Of a stretch of 64,000 bases of DNA, positions 30,223-38,437 are shown one piece after another. Below the pieces are notes generated by a model, which was not told where the DNA came from, ran no database searches, and saw only the letters and a program-made list of their open reading frames with translations. The stretch spans positions 118,860 through 182,859 of the forward strand of contig MFWV01000011.1 of the NCBI GenBank assembly GCA_001787405.1, read 5' to 3'. Both the position numbers and the translations under genes were made by a program. This stretch comes from Candidatus Pacebacteria bacterium RIFOXYA1_FULL_38_18 (lineage in GTDB: Bacteria; Patescibacteriota; Microgenomatia; UBA1400; PJMF01). Within the stretch, counting starts at the first letter, position 1, and the number at the start of each line of letters is the position of its first letter.

Positions 30223-31347
30223 TTATTGTTGGCTGATTGGCCAACTGGGTCGTCGATCAAGTTTTTGGGCTTTGAAACTCGGTTTTCTAGCCAAAATATA
30301 GCTACCGGCTACACCAATCATGGCAGCATTATCACCAGTCAATTTTGAAGAATAGGGTGCACGAAAGCTTAGTTTTTGTGAGCGCGCCAAAGAGCGCAAC
30401 TTGGCTCGTAAAATCAAGTTGGCAGCCACTCCACCGCCCAACCATAATTCTTTAATCTCAATCTGATCTAATAATTTTTCAAGTTTGTAGATGATGTGAG
30501 AAAAAACTCCTTCTTGGAGAGAGGCGCAAAAATCATTGATGGTTTTTTGATCAAGTTTTTCTTCTACGATCAATCGTTTGATTAAGCGCTGAGAATGAGT
30601 TTTGAGACCGGAAAAACTCATATTAAAATTTGCTACATTGGTCATGGGCAAAGGAAAATCAAAGCGGTTTTTATCTCCTTTTTTGGCCAACTGTTCAACA
30701 ATAGGGGCTGCGGGATAGCCCAGATTGAGCAAACGACCAATTTTATCCAAACATTCGCCGGCTGCATCATCAACAGTCATGCCCAGTCGTCGATATTGAC
30801 CGATTTTTTTAATCAAAATAAACTCGGTGTGACCACCAGAAACAATGACGCTTAGGACGGGCAACTTTGGTTTGATGGTCCGATGAAGTTTTTTTCTAGC
30901 TTTGGCTTGGGCTAAAACCGATAAAACATGTCCTTCAATATGATTGACGGGAATGACTGGTTTTTGGTGTTGTTTGCCCAAATTGAGAGCGGTTTGCAAA
31001 CCTATTTCCAGAGCTGGTGCCAAACCCGGTCCTTGAGTAACAGCAATAGCATCAATAGCCGACCATTTCTCGGTTATTTTTCTGGCTAAACTTGCTTGTC
31101 TGAGAGCTGTTTTAATGACAGGCTGAATGTTTTCTTGATGGGCTTGTTTGGCGGCGGTGGGGAAGACTCCGCCGTAGCGTTGATGGATTTGTGCTTGAGA
31201 GGCGATGACGTTGGAAAGCACCACCTGCCCTCTAACCACCGCCGCCGACGTCTCATCACAAGAAGTATCGATTGCTAAAATGAGTGGTTTAGACATGGCT
31301 ACCCTGTTCTTTAAGAGTAATTTTTCTGGTTTCTTCATCAATTTCAA
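30223..31347 (-). CDS. tsaD: tRNA N6-adenosine threonylcarbamoyltransferase TsaD (Kae1/Gcp family)
   Basis: ILAIDTSCDETSAAVV and NHIEGH metal-binding motifs. Met at 31296 is an alternative start. Confidence 0.85.
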   Translation of the reverse strand: MKLMKKPEKLLLKNRVAMSKPLILAIDTSCDETSAAVVRGQVVLSNVIASQAQIHQRYGGVFPTAAKQAHQENIQPVIKTALRQASLARKITEKWSAIDAIAVTQGPGLAPALEIGLQTALNLGKQHQKPVIPVNHIEGHVLSVLAQAKARKKLHRTIKPKLPVLSVIVSGGHTEFILIKKIGQYRRLGMTVDDAAGECLDKIGRLLNLGYPAAPIVEQLAKKGDKNRFDFPLPMTNVANFNMSFSGLKTHSQRLIKRLIVEEKLDQKTINDFCASLQEGVFSHIIYKLEKLLDQIEIKELWLGGGVAANLILRAKLRSLARSQKLSFRAPYSSKLTGDNAAMIGVAGSYILARKPSFKAQKLDRRPSWPISQQ

Positions 31348-32374
31348 CGAAAGTGAGCAGTAAATCTGGTTTATTAGGCCTTGCTTTATCAGGCCAAAAC
31401 TTCATTACTTGCTGCCACCATTCTACTGCCACAACGTTGCCTGGTTGAAGCAAGCGGTCTGCTTGCAATTGATCAAAATCTGCTTGCGTATCGATTTTCC
31501 ACATATCCAAATGATACAATTTTCCTCTAGTGTCATGGCGAAGATAAGCATATTCATTTAAATAGGTATAGGTTGGTGAAACGATGGGCTCTGTTATTTT
31601 CAAAAACCGACCAATGCCCTGAGTAAAAACAGTTTTACCCGCTCCCAACTCACCATCCAAACCAATCAAAAGTCCCTGTTTACCAACTTGATTCCAATAT
31701 TTGAGCATTAATTTACCAGCCAATTCTCTAGTTTCTTGATCTGAAAAAGTAGTAAAAACTTGATCATTTGTGTCTTGATGACCACGCACCGTCAGAGGTG
31801 TTGAAAAAGTAGTGTCAATGACGATTGATGGTTCATGATGAGGCAATTCTCCAGCATCAATCGCTAAATCAATTAAAGATTTTTGCTTTTCAGATAAATG
31901 ATCAAAAATATCTGTCAAAGAATAAGGGCGTTTTTTACCAGAAGTATTGGCTGAAGTAGCGGTGATGGGTTTGGCTAGTTTCCCAACCAGCTGAGTAACC
32001 AAATCATAACTGGAAAGTCTGATGCCCAATGTGCCAAACTCAGATTCTACTCCTGGAGCTACTCGTTCCAAACCTTTGGAAATGATGGTGTAAGGACCAG
32101 GCAGAAATTTTTGGTAGAGCTGATGCGCCTGATCAGTCAACTCAACATATTGCTCAGCCATTTGTTGACTGGCAACAGCAATGGAAAGAGGCTTGCCTTC
32201 TCGACGAGATTTATAGCGCAGTAATTTTTCAACAGCACCAACATGAGTTGCATCTGCACCCACCCCATAAACTGTTTCAGTGGGATAAATTACCAAGCCA
32301 CCTTGGCGCAGTGCGGTCACAGCTTCTTCAATCACTTTATCAATTGAGTTAGTAGTGAGCTTGATTATTTTCAT
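31289..32374 (-). CDS. fusion protein: N-terminal TsaC/YrdC (L-threonylcarbamoyladenylate synthase) domain plus C-terminal TsaE (YjeE P-loop) domain
   Basis: YrdC motif LVIYPTETVYGVGADAT in the N-terminal half. TsaE motifs GLDGELGAGKTVFTQG and SPTYTYLNEY in the C-terminal half. Confidence 0.8.
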   Translation of the reverse strand: MKIIKLTTNSIDKVIEEAVTALRQGGLVIYPTETVYGVGADATHVGAVEKLLRYKSRREGKPLSIAVASQQMAEQYVELTDQAHQLYQKFLPGPYTIISKGLERVAPGVESEFGTLGIRLSSYDLVTQLVGKLAKPITATSANTSGKKRPYSLTDIFDHLSEKQKSLIDLAIDAGELPHHEPSIVIDTTFSTPLTVRGHQDTNDQVFTTFSDQETRELAGKLMLKYWNQVGKQGLLIGLDGELGAGKTVFTQGIGRFLKITEPIVSPTYTYLNEYAYLRHDTRGKLYHLDMWKIDTQADFDQLQADRLLQPGNVVAVEWWQQVMKFWPDKARPNKPDLLLTFVEIDEETRKITLKEQGSHV

Positions 32375-32595
32375 CGTCAGTATTGTACCAGGCTAGTTTT
32401 GGAAAGCCCTCAAATTGCCATCCCTTCCAAATCAAACTCAAATTCTAAATCAAAGTCAAAATCAAAGATTTTGTTTTTAATTCAAAAATAGCTAAAAACA
32501 AACTGAAGATAAATAATCTTGCTCAAGTAATATCCTCAAAATAGTGTCATCAAATTTTATTTATTGTTTTAGCATATAGAGTATAATTAATTTAC

Positions 32596-32964
32596 ATGCA
32601 AAAAAGTCGTTTTATCAAAGTTGCCATTCCCGACGATCAACAGATACTAACCAGAGAAGAAAATATCTTGGATGAACAGGTAAGATTTGATCTTTATCGT
32701 AAAGAAAAAGAAATCAAGGAAATCTCACAAATTCTCAAAAATTTGGCAGTCAAAGAAACAGCTGAACGGCGTTGGTTGCAAGATAACGAAGGTTTGGCTA
32801 CTGATTTGGTAGAAGAGTTTGTCGAAGATTCTCTATATAAACTGGATGGTGCTCAAATGAATGGCGAAACCTTGGAACTTTCTGTAGAAGTGATGAGTAA
32901 ATTACGCGAAACGCTGGGATTATTCCAGGCAGTGATTGCCAATAGTGAAGAATTGGAGGCTTAG
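32596..32964 (+). CDS. acidic hypothetical protein
   Basis: 122-aa ORF with no recognisable domain. Confidence 0.4.
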   Translation: MQKSRFIKVAIPDDQQILTREENILDEQVRFDLYRKEKEIKEISQILKNLAVKETAERRWLQDNEGLATDLVEEFVEDSLYKLDGAQMNGETLELSVEVMSKLRETLGLFQAVIANSEELEA

Positions 32965-33006
32965 TGCTTTTCCCAAATTCACGAACTTGCGGTAGAATAG
33001 GAAGTT

Positions 33007-33645
33007 ATGGAATTTGATCGATTGGTAGTTTCTTTTTTTGTTGACGAAGTTGTGGGCGGATTTTTCATCTCTGTTCCACCTGGTCACGTAGCCTGTGTCT
33101 ATGATCGTGGTCGTGGTGTTTTACCCCGGGTTTGGGGTCCAGGCCTTCACCTCAAGATTCCTTTTTGGCAAGTGGCCAAGTTATTTAATGCTCAAGTTTT
33201 GGAATATTCCATAGATGCCAATTTTGACTTGTCTATCAACAAAGAGGCTTTGGGTGATCAATCAATCATGACTTCCACCAAAGATGGTAAAGATGTTTCT
33301 ATTCAAGGCTCGGTTTTATTTAGAATTGATCGAGAGAATGCTCCTGAACTTTGGGAAAATATTGGCGAAAACATGGTTTCCAAAGTCGTACGTCCTTTTT
33401 CCAGAAGTCGTATTTCTTCGGTTATCAGTGAATATACCTTGGATCAAATTAAAAATAATCGTTCTCAAATCGAGGCAATCATTCGTGATGATCTAAGTAA
33501 ACACTTCCGCGATCGCGGTTTGAACTGTGAGGGATTTTTACTTTCTGAAGTGAGAGTGAAGAGTTCTGGCGGTAAAGAACAAACCGTGATTAGTGCTGCT
33601 TCCACCAAGCAAGAAGAGCAAGTTACTGACTCCGTGAAGGAATAA
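33007..33645 (+). CDS. SPFH/Band 7 (prohibitin/HflC-like) domain protein
   Basis: N-terminal TM helix followed by an SPFH-like core. Confidence 0.65.
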   Translation: MEFDRLVVSFFVDEVVGGFFISVPPGHVACVYDRGRGVLPRVWGPGLHLKIPFWQVAKLFNAQVLEYSIDANFDLSINKEALGDQSIMTSTKDGKDVSIQGSVLFRIDRENAPELWENIGENMVSKVVRPFSRSRISSVISEYTLDQIKNNRSQIEAIIRDDLSKHFRDRGLNCEGFLLSEVRVKSSGGKEQTVISAASTKQEEQVTDSVKE

Positions 33646-33664
33646 TTTTTCATTTTCTCTCGGC

Positions 33665-33693
33665 TTGACAGAATTTTATTTGTTCGTTATCAT
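33665..33693 (+). promoter_or_regulatory. putative sigma70 promoter of groES-groEL
   Basis: TTGACA, a 17-nt spacer, then TATCAT. Confidence 0.45.
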
Positions 33694-33704
33694 CACGACT
33701 AATG

Positions 33705-33747
33705 TAGTGCTAGCAAACGAAGAGCTTGTTTGCTATTATGAGCACTC
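33705..33747. promoter_or_regulatory. nested inverted-repeat operator downstream of the groES promoter (atypical, everted CIRCE-like)
   Basis: tAGTGCTAGCAAAC-gaagagct-GTTTGCTA-ttatg-AGCACTc. The outer arms carry CIRCE half-site cores in reversed order. The inner arms form TAGCAAAC-N8-GTTTGCTA. Confidence 0.45.
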
Positions 33748-33795
33748 GGACGGAATTTGTTTAGTATTAAACAGTATTTATTTGAAAGGAATTTC

Positions 33796-34191
33796 ATGAA
33801 AAATCTCAAAGCAACTCAATTGAAACCTCTGGCTGGATATGTTCTAGTCGAACCAGCTCAACCAGAAGAAAAAACTGCCTCAGGCATTATTTTACCCGGT
33901 AATAAAGAAGAAAAACCTCAATATGGAACGGTTTTAGCTTGCGGTAAAAGTGATTGTGGTTCTTGTGGAGATTGTAGTGGTTGTGGTGAGGGTTGTGGGG
34001 ATTGCGGTGAGGGTTGTGGAGACTGTGGCGATAAAGCCAAAAAAGCCAAATCAGGCAGTTGCGAATGCCCGGTAGCAGTTGGCGATTTGGTGATTTATAA
34101 AAAATGGGGTGGTAATGATGTCATGATTGATGATGTGGAATACCAATTCCTAAAATTTGAAGATATTTTGGCGGTAGTGAGTAAAAAGTAA
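33796..34191 (+). CDS. groES: co-chaperonin GroES with a 13-cysteine, Gly/Asp-rich insertion in the roof-hairpin region
   Basis: GroES mobile loop and C-terminal strands are conserved. The insert KSDCGSCGDCSGCGEGCGDCGEGCGDCGDKAKKAKSGSCECP is encoded by tandem ggttgtgg.gattgcggtgag-type repeats. AAGGA RBS and ATG at 33796. Confidence 0.85.
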   Translation: MKNLKATQLKPLAGYVLVEPAQPEEKTASGIILPGNKEEKPQYGTVLACGKSDCGSCGDCSGCGEGCGDCGEGCGDCGDKAKKAKSGSCECPVAVGDLVIYKKWGGNDVMIDDVEYQFLKFEDILAVVSKK

Positions 34192-34267
34192 AAATCAAGA
34201 TTTAGTTGCAAGCTAATTTTTAAAGCTTTCAACTTTTAATTTAAAAATTAAAAAAAAGGAGTAATTT

Positions 34268-35890
34268 ATGGCAGCAAAACAATTAATTTTCGGTGACGAA
34301 GCTAGACAAAAAATGCTGGGTGGTATCACTCAGTTAGCTCAAGCAGTGACCACTACTTTGGGGCCCAAGGGTCGTAATGTAGCCCTAGATCGTTCTTGGG
34401 GAGCTCCCAGTGTGATTCATGATGGCGTGACAGTGGCCAAAGAAATCGAACTGGAAGACAAATTTGAAAACATGGGCGCTCAATTGGTCAAAGAAGCAGC
34501 CTCCAAAACCAATGATGTGGCTGGTGATGGTACTACCACTGCTACACTTTTGGCCTGGAAATTGGCCGAACGGGGCATGAAATATGTTACTTCTGGTGCC
34601 AATCCAATGATTATGAAACGAGGTATTGATCGAGCTATCAAGGCAGTAGTGGCAGAGATTAATCGAGTGGCCAAACCAGTCAAAGAAAGCGACTGGGAAA
34701 AAGTAGCCACGATCTCTGCTCAAAGCGAAGAGATTGGTCAAAAAATTGCTGAAGCTCTCAAAAAAGTTGGTAAAGATGGAGTAGTGGAAGTGGAAGAGGG
34801 CAAAACCATGGAAATCGAGATAGAACATAAAGAGGGCATGGAGTTTGATAAAGGTTATGCCTCTCCCTATTTTGTAACCGATTCAGAAAACATGGAGGCA
34901 GTGATCGAAGATACTCTAATTTTAGTCACTGATCAAAAACTTTCCAATATCAAAGACATTTTGCCTTTATTGGAACAAGTAGTAAATGCTGGCAAAGGTT
35001 TGGTGTTGATCGCCGATGAAATTGAAGGCGAAGCCCTGACCACTTTGGTAGTCAATAAACTGCGCGGTTCTTTCAAAGTTTTACCAGTCAAAGCTCCAGG
35101 ATTTGGTGATCGCAGAAAAGCGATGTTGCAAGACATTGCTGTTTTGACAGGAGCCTCATTTGTCAGTGAAGAAACCGGTGTACAACTCAAAGACGTTACC
35201 ATTGATCTACTAGGCAGAGCAGATAGTGTCAGAAGCACCAAAGATTCCACCAGAATTGTGGGTGGTAAAGGGAGCAAAAATGACATCAATGCCAGGGTTG
35301 CTCAGATCGAAGCAGAGATTAAAAACTCTACTTCTGATTTTGACATCGAAAAATTACAGGAGCGCAAAGCTCGTTTGACTGGCGGAGTGGCCGTAATCCA
35401 AGTAGGTGCTAGTACCGAAATGGAGATGAAAAACCTGCAAGAGCGAGTCAAAGACGCCAAGGAAGCAACCAAAGCTGCGATTGAAAGCGGAATTATTCCT
35501 GGTGGCGGAGTGACTCTCTTGCAAGCCGAAAAGGCTTTGAGTGCGATTAAAACCAGCAGTGAAGATGAAAAAGTTGGTGTGGATCTAGTCCGCTCCGTCC
35601 TAGAAGAGCCATTGCGGATGCTTGCTACCAATTCTGGTGAAGATGCCGGTTGGGTAGTGGGTCAAGTGCGCGAAAAAAATGATGGTTCTTGGGGCTTTAA
35701 TGCTTTGACCAATAAATTTGAAGATTTAGTGGCAGCTGGAGTAATTGAACCTGCCAAAGTAGCGGTTGCTTCTCTGGAAAATGCCGCTTCAGTGGCTTCA
35801 ATGATTCTAACCACGGAGTGCTTGGTGACTGATGTTCCCAAAAACGAAGAAGCTCCCGCCATGGGCGGAGGCATGCCTGGGATGATGTAA
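34268..35890 (+). CDS. groEL: chaperonin GroEL
   Basis: Full-length GroEL with the C-terminal GGMPGMM tail. Confidence 0.97.
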   Translation: MAAKQLIFGDEARQKMLGGITQLAQAVTTTLGPKGRNVALDRSWGAPSVIHDGVTVAKEIELEDKFENMGAQLVKEAASKTNDVAGDGTTTATLLAWKLAERGMKYVTSGANPMIMKRGIDRAIKAVVAEINRVAKPVKESDWEKVATISAQSEEIGQKIAEALKKVGKDGVVEVEEGKTMEIEIEHKEGMEFDKGYASPYFVTDSENMEAVIEDTLILVTDQKLSNIKDILPLLEQVVNAGKGLVLIADEIEGEALTTLVVNKLRGSFKVLPVKAPGFGDRRKAMLQDIAVLTGASFVSEETGVQLKDVTIDLLGRADSVRSTKDSTRIVGGKGSKNDINARVAQIEAEIKNSTSDFDIEKLQERKARLTGGVAVIQVGASTEMEMKNLQERVKDAKEATKAAIESGIIPGGGVTLLQAEKALSAIKTSSEDEKVGVDLVRSVLEEPLRMLATNSGEDAGWVVGQVREKNDGSWGFNALTNKFEDLVAAGVIEPAKVAVASLENAASVASMILTTECLVTDVPKNEEAPAMGGGMPGMM

Positions 35891-35916
35891 TCTCAGTCCT
35901 AAATTATTACAGATAA

Positions 35917-35945
35917 AAGGGCGGATAAAACCGCCCTTTTTTTGT
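35917..35945 (+). terminator. rho-independent terminator after groEL
   Basis: gggcgg-ataaaa-ccgccc followed by a T7 run. Confidence 0.7.
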
Positions 35946-36113
35946 TTTTCCTCGAGTTGGTAATTTTACTTTATCCTATAACTATTGACACTGTCTTATA
36001 GTATTTGATATAGTGATAGATAGTAAGTCTAGCCCCATGCTCACAAGGAATCTTTGCGATTCTTGGTGTGTGCATGAGGGGATGGCTTGCTCTTTAAAAA
36101 TTCGGTTTTCAAA

Positions 36114-36134
36114 TTCCCGCTTAAAAAGCGGGAA
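36114..36134 (+). promoter_or_regulatory. perfect 7-bp stem hairpin (ttcccgc-ttaaaaa-gcgggaa) ~25 nt upstream of the lipoprotein RBS
   Basis: Read directly from the sequence. No trailing T-run, so it is not a classical terminator. Confidence 0.3.
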
Positions 36135-36159
36135 AATTTCCCACACCCAAGGAGAAGAA

Positions 36160-36618
36160 ATGAAAAAAATAATTTTTGTTATTTTTCTTTCCATGGCCCT
36201 AGTGGCCTGTGGAAAGGAACAAAACTTGGCACCAGAAACGGTGCCAAGTGCTGCTCAAGTCGAGGCTGGGCGGGCTTTGCCCGCCCAGCCCACCCCAGCT
36301 TATGAAGAGCTGGGAGTTTCCTCTCACCACCTGATATTTCAGGTGGAAGAGGGCGACGCAGGCGTCTTGGACGCCATGCGACGGACCTTGGGCGAAGAGC
36401 CCAGGGAAAAAGGAACTTTCATCCTCGAGATGATCGAGGTTGAAAGCCAGGGGGAAGTTTTTGCATACGACTGGGAAGCGCTTTTAGCGCTGAACCCAAT
36501 CGTACGCGAAGGAGATAGGGTCTGTATGACCTATATCCTTGGTTGCCTCGGGGAGGAGATCCCCGAGGAGAACGTTTTTATCTTCTGGCAGCCTTCTCCG
36601 GCTGCCGGAGGAGAATAA
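36160..36618 (+). CDS. lipoprotein (signal peptide plus lipobox LVAC/G), hypothetical; body encoded by a high-GC segment
   Basis: AAGGAG RBS at 36149-36154. MKKIIFVIFLSMALVACGKE lipoprotein signal. The sequence from ~36230 onward is ~58% GC against a ~40% background. Confidence 0.55.
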   Translation: MKKIIFVIFLSMALVACGKEQNLAPETVPSAAQVEAGRALPAQPTPAYEELGVSSHHLIFQVEEGDAGVLDAMRRTLGEEPREKGTFILEMIEVESQGEVFAYDWEALLALNPIVREGDRVCMTYILGCLGEEIPEENVFIFWQPSPAAGGE

Positions 36619-36635
36619 AAACCGAATAAAAAGAA

Positions 36636-36666
36636 AAAGCCTCGCTGAAAAGCGAGGCTTTTTTCT
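36636..36666 (+). terminator. rho-independent terminator after the lipoprotein gene
   Basis: aagcctcgct-gaaa-agcgaggctt followed by a T6 run. Confidence 0.75.
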
Positions 36667-36765
36667 AGCTTTTTTCTATTTTTTTTCTAACTAGCGTGAT
36701 AATAAATTGCCAGACTTTTTATACTTACAACTTCCCAACCAAAACAACGGGTTGAATAACCTTGT

Positions 36766-36838
36766 ACCAGGGGTGAGAGTTGAACTCACGACCTCAGGTT
36801 TATGAATCCTGTGCTCTAACCAACTGAGCTACCCTGGC
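36766..36838 (-). tRNA. tRNA with anticodon CAU (elongator tRNA-Met or lysidine-type tRNA-Ile2)
   Basis: Minus-strand cloverleaf gccaggg...D-arm tagctcagttggttagagc...anticodon loop ttCATaa...T-arm gtgag/TTCAACT/ctcac...ccctggt-a. Confidence 0.75.
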
Positions 36839-36957
36839 TTTACTTCTTGAGTTTGATAAATAAATTTATCAACTCTTTGAGAGTGAGCCTAAATTATACC
36901 AATCACTAGATGTTTTGACGAGAGCCCCAGAGAAGGTTATAATGACGCTCTGTTAAT

Positions 36958-37026
36958 CGCGGGGTAGTGTACGGTGCACGTGAGGCTCATAATCTCACAG
37001 GCTAGGTTCGACTCCTAGCCCCGCAA
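36958..37026 (+). tRNA. initiator-type tRNA-fMet(CAU)
   Basis: 5' CGCGGGG and 3' CCCCGCA-A with the C1xA72 mismatch diagnostic of bacterial initiator tRNA. Anticodon loop ctCATaa. T-arm ctagg/TTCGACT/cctag. Short D-loop. Confidence 0.7.
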
Positions 37027-37138
37027 CAATTAATTTATCTTTATATTTTATATTTTTCTAAGTCATTTTTTTAAATCAGTTTTTATTAGTTTTAAATTTA
37101 TTGTATACTTATTTAACTATCAAATTTTAAGGACTAAA

Positions 37139-37342
37139 ATGGAAGAAGAACAAAGCTCACATTTACAAGTAGAATCGTCAGTCGAAAAGCTTGATGAAAG
37201 AATTGCAGAATTAATTAAGGAAAACAAAGAACTCAGAACTGAATTTGAGGAATTTAAACGACAAGTAAAACAAGTTTTAAATTTTTTGATTGAAGATAAG
37301 ATTATTCCTGAAGGTTATGGTAGCTCAGTTGATGAAATGTAA
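37139..37342 (+). CDS. small coiled-coil hypothetical protein
   Basis: 67-aa ORF in an AT-rich region. Confidence 0.3.
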   Translation: MEEEQSSHLQVESSVEKLDERIAELIKENKELRTEFEEFKRQVKQVLNFLIEDKIIPEGYGSSVDEM

Positions 37343-37380
37343 GCCTCCAGAGAGGTTTCTTATATTTTATCGATCATATC

Positions 37381-37782
37381 TTAAATTAGAAAAAAGAAGA
37401 GCGCAATTAGATTTTGATCGGATTCTTTTATTGAAACATTTTTAGACTGAAGTGATTCCAAAAAATCTTTAGTAAGGTTTAAAATTTGTTCTAAACTATG
37501 GTCTGTTCGCATTAGCCTATGTGCTTCGACGGCTCGATCGTATGCTTTTATAGATTCAGAATTACCAGGATACTGTTTTATCTTTTTAGCTTCCTCAACC
37601 ACTTTTCTCCCCGCAATTGCATTATTGATAAATTCTAGAGCTTTTCTCACTGTTTCCATCGTGATTGATTCAATAGCACTTCTTTCCCAACCACGAGTTT
37701 GAATAAAATATGCAAGAGCTATTGGGGCGAAAGGTGGGTTTTGTTCTTCGGAATAAGAAGAATATTTTTCTGGTTTACTCAT
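37381..37782 (-). CDS. hypothetical protein
   Basis: 133-aa ORF with no recognisable domain. Confidence 0.4.
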   Translation of the reverse strand: MSKPEKYSSYSEEQNPPFAPIALAYFIQTRGWERSAIESITMETVRKALEFINNAIAGRKVVEEAKKIKQYPGNSESIKAYDRAVEAHRLMRTDHSLEQILNLTKDFLESLQSKNVSIKESDQNLIALFFFLI

Positions 37783-37962
37783 GTGTCCTTTATATCCTTT
37801 TAATTAATAGATAATTTATTGTATCATTTTGATTAATTTTAATACAATTAAACTATTTTTACCATCAAAAAATAAATTCCAAATTAACCTTAATTAGTGA
37901 ATGATCTAAACTGATTGAGTAATAATTATCAAGATAGAAAATAAAATTTAAAATTACTATTT

Positions 37963-38313
37963 TTAAAACAACACCGCCCGCCATTCCTCCCAAGGAGTTT
38001 TTTGTTTTGCGATAGTGTCTTCGATCAGCAATGTTTCATCATCAGGGATTTGCAAGACATATTCTCCTGGTTTTTGGAGCAGTAGTTCGTCGCGTAGAAT
38101 TTTTTCTTTGGCCAAGTCAGTATTGGAGTAATCAATCAATTCTCGCTCTTTCTCAATTTGATTGGCTAGGTCCTGAATTGATTCTTCTAGGATAGCGACA
38201 TTTTCAATAGCGATTTGGCTTTTTTGAGCAGTTTTTCTCAGAGAAAAAATAAAAAGTACGGCTAGAACCGTTAAAACCACTATTACCAGAGGGTGAGAGA
38301 TGATCTTATTCAT
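37963..38313 (-). CDS. septum formation initiator FtsB/DivIC-like protein
   Basis: N-terminal TM helix, coiled coil, and a ...LRDELLLQKPGEYVL... motif typical of FtsB/DivIC. Confidence 0.55.
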   Translation of the reverse strand: MNKIISHPLVIVVLTVLAVLFIFSLRKTAQKSQIAIENVAILEESIQDLANQIEKERELIDYSNTDLAKEKILRDELLLQKPGEYVLQIPDDETLLIEDTIAKQKTPWEEWRAVLF

Positions 38314-38437
38314 AAGTTATGCTTGCCTATAATCCCGACTCATGATACTATAAGACGTCTTAAATGCTATTTTTGTAAAAAACAAAATTTAGGTCTGCTC
38401 CAATCATAACACTGCCTTAGAAGTAAAAGGAAAAAAA

